Shown here piece by piece: positions 39,452 to 46,291 of a stretch of DNA of 46,291 nt. Origin of the DNA: Planctomycetia bacterium (GTDB lineage: Bacteria > Planctomycetota > Planctomycetia > Pirellulales > UBA1268). The first letter of the stretch is position 1. Each line of letters opens with the position of its first letter. The notes beneath the pieces are model-generated. The model was given only the letters and a program-made list of their open reading frames with translations. It had not been told where the DNA came from and did not search any database. The stretch is taken from assembly GCA_037147115.1 (NCBI GenBank), contig JBAWVV010000001.1, positions 1-46,291 of the forward strand. Reading direction: 5' to 3'. A program made the position numbers and the translations under genes.

Positions 39452-41452
39452 ATGTCCTGGATGCACGCGTGTCGAGCGTTGGTCGGGGTTCGCGTTGTGA
39501 CCGCGGCCCTGGTCTTCGGGGCGACGATGCCCGTTCAGGCCGAGCCGGTGCCGAACAACACCGCATGGACCGGGGCCTCGGGTTCCGGCGGGATCGGCTC
39601 GTGGGGCGTGGCCGGCAACTGGCAGACCGACGTCACGACGAACGTCGTGCCTGATGCCACGCTCAACGCCATCCTCCCCGGTGGCCCGACGAACCAAACG
39701 ATCAACCTCGGCTCGAGCGCGCAGGCCAAGTCACTCTTTCCCCAGGCCGCCGGCTACACGATCCAGAACGGTGATCTGACCCTCGCCGACCAACTCTGGC
39801 TCAACGAGACTTCCGGCACGACCTCGCTCCGGCTTTCCAGTAACGGCTCCAACGGCACCGTCTCGGTGAGCACGCCGCGCGTGACGATCGGCGCCGACGC
39901 CGCGAGCGTGCGGAACGACATCTCGCTCCAGACGCTCACCGGCGGCACGGCAAGCCTCACCGCCACCGACAAGATCACGATCGGCTACGACGGTAACTTC
40001 AACTCGTTGATGGTCAACTCCGGTGGCACCAGTGCCCCCGTTGCCAACCCCGGCGGCGCCGCGACGATCACCGCCCCGACGATCCAGATGAGTGTCGCGG
40101 CGACGGCCGGATCGCGCACCGAATGGTTTGCCACCGATGGCTTTAACTGGCTCGGCACCTACTCTTCCGACGCCGTCGTCAACACCTCAAACCTCGTCGT
40201 TGGCGTCGCCGGCGATCAAGGCGTGGCAGAAAACATCGGCGGCAGGTGGAACGTCGCCAACACCACCCTCGGTGAGCAGGCCACGTCGGCCTACAACTAT
40301 CTCGCCGTGGCCGGCAACGGCACCTACACCAACTCCGGCGCCTTCACCGTCGGCTTGAGCGGCAACAACAATAGGGTGTATGTCGGTAACGCGGGCTGGG
40401 TGAGTGCCCCAAACGGGACACTGACGCTGACGGGCACCTCCGATGTCGTCATCGGGGCGAACGCCGCGGCCCACGACAACGCGATCTACGTCGGTGTCGG
40501 CAGCACGTTCTCGTCGCCGAACAACATCGTTGTCGGACAGTCTGGCTCCTGGAACTATTTCGAAGTCGCAGATGGGAGCACGGCGACGTCCGGCGGTGTA
40601 CGGATCGGCGTCGACGCCGGTGCCGGGTTTAACGCCGTCGGGTTGGCCCGAAGCTCTTGGACGATGAACGGTGCGGTCCGCGTCGGCGACGCCGGCAGCG
40701 ACAACGGCTTCTACATCGTCGGTGGCACGGCCACGCTCACCGAGCCGGGGAAAAACTTTTACGTCGGCTACAACAAGAGCGCGAGCCGAAACATCCTCGT
40801 CCTCGACGGCCCGACGGCGAAGCTCGAGGTCAAGGCGACCGGGGCCGATGTCGTGATCTCGGCGAATGCCGCCGGTTCGGGGGCGAATGCCACTGGCAAT
40901 GTCGCCGTCGTTCTAGGGGCCACGATCGATGCCACGCGGGTCTTGGTGGGCGACGGCGGTTCGCTCCAAGGCATCGCCGGCACGATCACCGGCAATGTCC
41001 TCGTCGGCAGCGGCGGTGTCATCGCCCCAGGCCTCCTGGATTATGTGGCGATCGGGTCGCTCGCGATCGGAGGCAATCTCGATCTTTCGCAGCAGGGTGG
41101 GGGGCGGATCGACATCGATTTCGCTGGAAACCAAGCCGACATGATCACCGTCGGTGGGATCCTCGATACGACCAACGCCACGTTGCACTTCGACGTTGGA
41201 ACAGGGGTCGTCAACGGCAACTACGTGATTGCCAGCTACGGGAGTCTCGTCGGCACCTTCGCGACGATCGAAGGGCTTCCGGCGGCTTGGAGCATCGATT
41301 TCAACTATCTGGGCCTCAGTCAGATCGTCGTGACGGCCGTTCCGGAGATCGATCCGAGCTCCTTCGGCAGCGCTTTGGCCCTGGCGATCGGGGCTCTCGG
41401 CCTCGTCGAGCGTCGGGCTTACCGGTCCCGTCGCCGCTCGGACATCGCCTGA
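39452..41452 (+). CDS. Secreted beta-helix/passenger-like repeat protein with C-terminal PEP-CTERM-type (VPEIDP variant) exosortase sorting signal
   Basis: ATG at 39452, with GAGG 6 nt upstream. Signal peptide MSWMHACRALVGVRVVTAALVFGATMPVQAEP. Long Gly/Asn/Thr/Val-rich repeats follow. The C-terminal tail is VPEIDPSSFGSALALAIGALGLVERRAYRSRRRS, that is motif, TM helix and Arg cluster. Confidence 0.75.
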   Translation: MSWMHACRALVGVRVVTAALVFGATMPVQAEPVPNNTAWTGASGSGGIGSWGVAGNWQTDVTTNVVPDATLNAILPGGPTNQTINLGSSAQAKSLFPQAAGYTIQNGDLTLADQLWLNETSGTTSLRLSSNGSNGTVSVSTPRVTIGADAASVRNDISLQTLTGGTASLTATDKITIGYDGNFNSLMVNSGGTSAPVANPGGAATITAPTIQMSVAATAGSRTEWFATDGFNWLGTYSSDAVVNTSNLVVGVAGDQGVAENIGGRWNVANTTLGEQATSAYNYLAVAGNGTYTNSGAFTVGLSGNNNRVYVGNAGWVSAPNGTLTLTGTSDVVIGANAAAHDNAIYVGVGSTFSSPNNIVVGQSGSWNYFEVADGSTATSGGVRIGVDAGAGFNAVGLARSSWTMNGAVRVGDAGSDNGFYIVGGTATLTEPGKNFYVGYNKSASRNILVLDGPTAKLEVKATGADVVISANAAGSGANATGNVAVVLGATIDATRVLVGDGGSLQGIAGTITGNVLVGSGGVIAPGLLDYVAIGSLAIGGNLDLSQQGGGRIDIDFAGNQADMITVGGILDTTNATLHFDVGTGVVNGNYVIASYGSLVGTFATIEGLPAAWSIDFNYLGLSQIVVTAVPEIDPSSFGSALALAIGALGLVERRAYRSRRRSDIA

Positions 41453-41563
41453 TCGGGCGGCTTTGGTGGCCGGGGAACGCCGGGGTTGTGCCGGCGCTGG
41501 CTTGCGGGGTGAAATGGCGAACCTTGACCAGCGGGTCGATCCCCCATTTCCCCGGGAGCAGGT

Positions 41564-44052
41564 ATGCAAGAGCGTCGGACCAACGAGCGCGGCAGCGACG
41601 ACGGGAGCGATCTCGGCGCTGACATTGAAGGGCTCGGCGTCTTCTATCTCGGCAAGCGGGTCGATCCCGAGTCCGGCAAGCCCGGCCGTGAGCCGCTGCT
41701 CCTCGACGCCCGGCGGCTGACGACGCACGCGGTCTGTGTCGGCATGACTGGCAGCGGGAAGACAGGATTGCTCGTCAGCCTCATCGAAGAGGCGGCGATC
41801 GACGACATCCCTGCGATCGTCATCGATCCCAAGGGGGATCTCGCCAACATCCTCCTGACGTTCCCTCAGCTGCGGCCGTCCGACTTCCGCCCCTGGCTCG
41901 AAGAGGATGCCGCCAAGCGCGACGGCCTCACGCTCGACGAGCTCGCCGAGAAGACGGCGAAGAAGTGGGCCGACGGTCTGGCCGCGAGCGGGCAGTCGGG
42001 GGAGCGGATCGCCCGACTCCGCGCGGGCGTCGACATGACGGTCTACACCCCAGGCAGCTCGGCCGGCCGACCGCTTGCGATGCTTGCCAGCTTGGAGGCG
42101 CCCGCCAAGGTGATCCTCGACGATCCCGAAGCCCGGCGCGAGCGGATCGAGTCGCTCGTTTCCGGGATCCTCGCCATGGCCGGCATCGACGCCGAGCCGG
42201 GCCGCAGCCGCGAGCACCTCCTCGTGTCGGCGATCGTCGACGCCCTGTGGAAGAGCGGCCAGGAGGTCGACTTCGGCACGCTCGTCCGCTCCATCCCGGC
42301 CCCGCCGATCGAGCGGGTCGGGTTCCTCGAGCTGGAAAACTTCTTCCCGGCCGCCGACCGCTTTCAGCTCGCTGGCAAGCTCAACACCGTCGCCGCGGCG
42401 CCGGGCTTCGACGCCTGGCTCCATGGCGAGCCGCTCGATGTCGGCCGGCTCCTCTGGACGCCGGCCGGGAAGCCGCGCGTAAGCGTGATCTCGATCGCGC
42501 ACTTGAACGACGCCCAGCGGATGGCGTTTGTCACGCTCCTGGCCGGTCAGGCGGTGTCGTGGATGCGCTCTCAGGCGGGAACATCGAGCCTCAAGGCGCT
42601 GTTCATCATGGACGAGGTCTTTGGCTATCTCCCGCCGACGGCCAATCCCCCCAGCAAGTTGCCGCTGCTGACGCTCCTCAAGCAGGCCCGCGCCTTCGGC
42701 CTGGGGATCGTGCTCGCCACACAGAATCCAGTTGACCTCGACTACAAGGCCCTCTCCAACGCCGGCACCTGGTTCCTCGGCCGGTTACAGACGGCGCGCG
42801 ACAAGGCGCGCGTCCTCGATGGGCTCGAAGGGGCGGCCAGCTCCACGGGAGCCGGCTTCGACCGGGCCCGGGTCGATCGGTTGCTCGCGGGGCTCGAGCA
42901 GCGGATGTTCCTCCTTCATTCGGTCCACGACGACGACGAGACAGTCTTCCAGACGCGCTGGACGATGTCGTACCTGCGCGGGCCGCTGCTGCGGGAGGAG
43001 ATCAAGCGCCTCCAGGGGGCGGTGCCTGAGCCGGCAGGATCTGTGGCCCGCGTCAATCCATTTGCCGCCGGTGGCAGCGGGGCGGGGCCGCGGCCGCTGC
43101 TTCCCCCCGGGGTTCGCGAGGTGTTCCTCTCCCCCGACGGTCCGACGCCGGCCGGCGGGCTCCTCTACAGGCCGGCGATCCTTGGCCGGGCGCGGGTCCG
43201 CTTCACGCACACGAAGGCCCGGATCGATTGTGACCGGGAGGTGTTCTGCCTGGCGCCGGCCGGTGATCAGCTGGGGGAATCGGCCTGGGAGGGGGGGCGG
43301 CAGTTCGCCGAGGTGCCTGAGGTGGAAACGGCTCCGTTGGCTGGCGGCTTCGCCGGTCTGCCGCCGGCACTCTCCGCGGCGAAGGCCTACGCGAGCCTGG
43401 GAACGTCGCTCAAGAACCATCTCGCCCGGACGGCGAAGCTGACCGTCTTCACCGCGCCAGCGATCGACGCGGTCTCGCGCCCCGACGAGACGGAAGGAGA
43501 GTTCCGCGTCCGCATCGCCCAGCAGGTGCGCGAGTGGCGCGACAAGGAGGTCGACCGGATTAGCGACAAAAGCGCCGCCAAACTTGCCTCGCTTAACGAC
43601 CGGATCGCGCGGGCTCGGCAGAAGGTTGAGAAGCAGAAGGCGGAGGCGAAGAACAAGTCGATGCAGACCTACGTCTCGATCGGCACCGCAGTCCTCTCGG
43701 CAATCCTGGGACGGAAGGTGGCTAGTTCCACGACCGTGGGACGGGCGGCGTCGTCGATGCGGTCGGCAAGCCGGGCGACGCGGCAGCAGGCCGACGTCGT
43801 CCACGCCGAGGAGTCGCTCTCCGACCTCGAGGAGAAACTCGCCACGCTCGAGGGTGAGGTGGGCGAGGAACTCGAGAAGGTGCGCCTCGAGGCGAATCCC
43901 GACCGGCTCGTTCTTGAATCGATCGAGATCGCCCCGAAAAAAACGGAGATCTCGGTCGACGACGTCGTCCTCGCCTGGGTGCCGGCGGTCGAGTCGTTTC
44001 CGGTCACGCGAGGCGAAGGGGCTCCCACGCGCCGGCCGTGGGGGGGTGACGC

Positions 44053-44056
<4 letters not shown>
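41564..44056 (+). CDS. HerA/FtsK-superfamily P-loop ATPase (DUF87/DUF853, YjgR-like) with long C-terminal coiled-coil extension
   Basis: 830 aa. Walker A is HAVCVGMTGSGKTGLLVSLIEE..AIVIDPKGDL and Walker B is ALFIMDEVFGYLPP, followed by GLGIVLATQNPVDLDYKALSNAGTWFLGRLQT. The C-terminal ~200 aa are Lys/Glu/Ala-rich coiled coil. Confidence 0.8.
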
Positions 44057-45158
<1,102 letters not shown>

Positions 45159-45257
45159 GGTTAGATCCTCTGGGCCGGTGTAATCTGAAGATCCGGGAAG
45201 GCCCCCCTTGGCCGTCGTGCGCGGCTCTGGCCCCCGGACACTCCCGCCGGTCTGCCG

Positions 45258-46166
45258 ATGTCCGAATCCTCCCCGACGCCCGACGACACTCCTGCAACTG
45301 GCTCGAGCGCAGCCGCGCACTCCTTCCGGGCGCAGGCGGTGCTCGCCGGCACGGGGATCGATCTGGGGGCGCTGGGCGCCGCGGAGCGCCCCGGCGGAGC
45401 GCCGCTGGTGGTGGAGCTGATCGGCGCGCTCGATGGGCTCGGGATCGCCGGTTCCCCGGCCGGCGGACTCGGGGCGGGGCGCGGGACAACCGGCGTGGCC
45501 GTCCTCTTCCGCTACGGGGCGGTGGTGTTCTTCGGCGTCTCCCCAGCGGGGGTGTCGGAGTATTTGCGGCAGATCGGCCCCCATCTCCGTCAGCCGCTCG
45601 GGCCGGCCGATCGGGAGACCGAAGGGCTCGAGATCCGCGCCGGCGGCGCGCGCGAGACGTTCGAGGGGAATGTCCTCGTCCTCGCCGACGTCACCCTCGA
45701 GAAGCTCCAGGTGGTGGCCGACATCATGGCCAAGAGCGTTTCGCTGGCCCATCATGAGCGCAACATCGAGCGGCAGTTCGAGCGGATCGAGCCGTTTGCG
45801 GTGAACCTCGATCAGTGGGGGCGCGGGGGCCGGGCGGCCCACGAGCTCCTCCAGCACCTGGGAACGGCCCTCCTGGCCGAGCACCGGGTCGTGGCCGGGG
45901 CCCGCGTCGACGACGCGCCGGAGCTCCTCTGGGACCATCCGGAGCTCGAGCGGATCTGGGCCAGGCTCCGCGACGAGTTCGAGATCCGCGAGCGGTTTTC
46001 CGCCCTCCATGGCAAGCTCGCGTTAATCTCGCGGACGGCGGAGACGGCCCTCGAACTCCTCCAAAACCGGCGCGCACTGCGGGTGGAATACGCGATCGTC
46101 GGCCTGATCGTCTTCGAGATCTTCCTCACGCTCCTCCAGTGGTGGCTCTCCGGGCGCGTCGGCTGA
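45258..46166 (+). CDS. RMD1/Sif2-family (DUF155) protein with C-terminal TM helix
   Basis: 302 aa. Contains VAVLFRYGAVVFFGVS, VVADIMAKSVSLAHHE, FSALHGKLALI and the terminal hydrophobic helix YAIVGLIVFEIFLTLLQWW, the typical DUF155 layout. Confidence 0.75.
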   Translation: MSESSPTPDDTPATGSSAAAHSFRAQAVLAGTGIDLGALGAAERPGGAPLVVELIGALDGLGIAGSPAGGLGAGRGTTGVAVLFRYGAVVFFGVSPAGVSEYLRQIGPHLRQPLGPADRETEGLEIRAGGARETFEGNVLVLADVTLEKLQVVADIMAKSVSLAHHERNIERQFERIEPFAVNLDQWGRGGRAAHELLQHLGTALLAEHRVVAGARVDDAPELLWDHPELERIWARLRDEFEIRERFSALHGKLALISRTAETALELLQNRRALRVEYAIVGLIVFEIFLTLLQWWLSGRVG

Positions 46167-46291
46167 CGTTCCCCCTTCGCGGGGCACCCTGCTATAAATC
46201 GGGCGTTGGTCGGCCGCCGTTACCTCCCTTCTTCCCCTTCCCCTTCCGGAATCCCCGCATGATGCCCCCGCGCCAGGCCCGCTTCGGGTGC

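Noticed and set aside
46259-46291. ATGATGCCCCCGCGCCAGGCC... possible start of a gene running off the window edge
   Set aside because: Only 11 codons are visible and there is no clear SD, so it cannot be supported from this window.

Overview
This is a GC-rich bacterial chromosomal segment, roughly two-thirds G+C by eye. No rRNA, CRISPR array, transposase or integrase is visible. The gene content points to Planctomycetota or a close PVC relative; this is inference only. That content includes exosortase/PEP-CTERM genes, a formylglycine-generating enzyme, a stand-alone RpoA alpha-CTD protein, Pro/Ala/Gln-rich secreted proteins and long low-complexity linkers.

Layout:
1. 89-5403 (+): exosortase, Wzz/BY-kinase-like protein, EpsI and GDP-fucose synthase.
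2. 5421-7823 (-): UvrD/PcrA helicase.
3. 8177-10739 (+): a tight four-gene operon of unknown function. It encodes an RpoA-alpha-CTD-only protein, a membrane protein with an arrestin-like C-terminal domain, a soluble arrestin-like protein and a small P-loop NTPase.
4. 10996-16264: a secreted low-complexity protein, PolX, FGE and a secreted hypothetical.
5. 16385-31629 (-): the conserved block tRNA-Thr/Tyr/Gly/Thr, tuf, tRNA-Trp, secE, nusG, rplK, rplA, rplJ, rplL, rpoB, rpoC.
6. 31771-39292: a REC-PP2C response regulator divergent from a translationally coupled three-gene module. The module is DabA (DUF2309), a NuoL-like subunit and a NuoM/N-like subunit.
7. 39452-46166: a PEP-CTERM-type surface protein, a HerA/FtsK-like ATPase, purU, a possible cryptic antisense ORF and an RMD1/DUF155 protein.

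Best candidates for something new:
- The DabA module with two antiporter-like subunits instead of one.
- The alpha-CTD / split-arrestin / P-loop operon.

Smaller observations:
- Terminator-like hairpins on both sides of rpoB.
- 19-nt tandem repeats in unusually long tRNA spacers.
- A VPEIDP variant sorting signal 38 kb from the exosortase.
- A degenerate BY-kinase.
- A coding-like ORF that can only terminate by running antisense into purU.

All homology calls are by-eye motif recognition. No searches were run.
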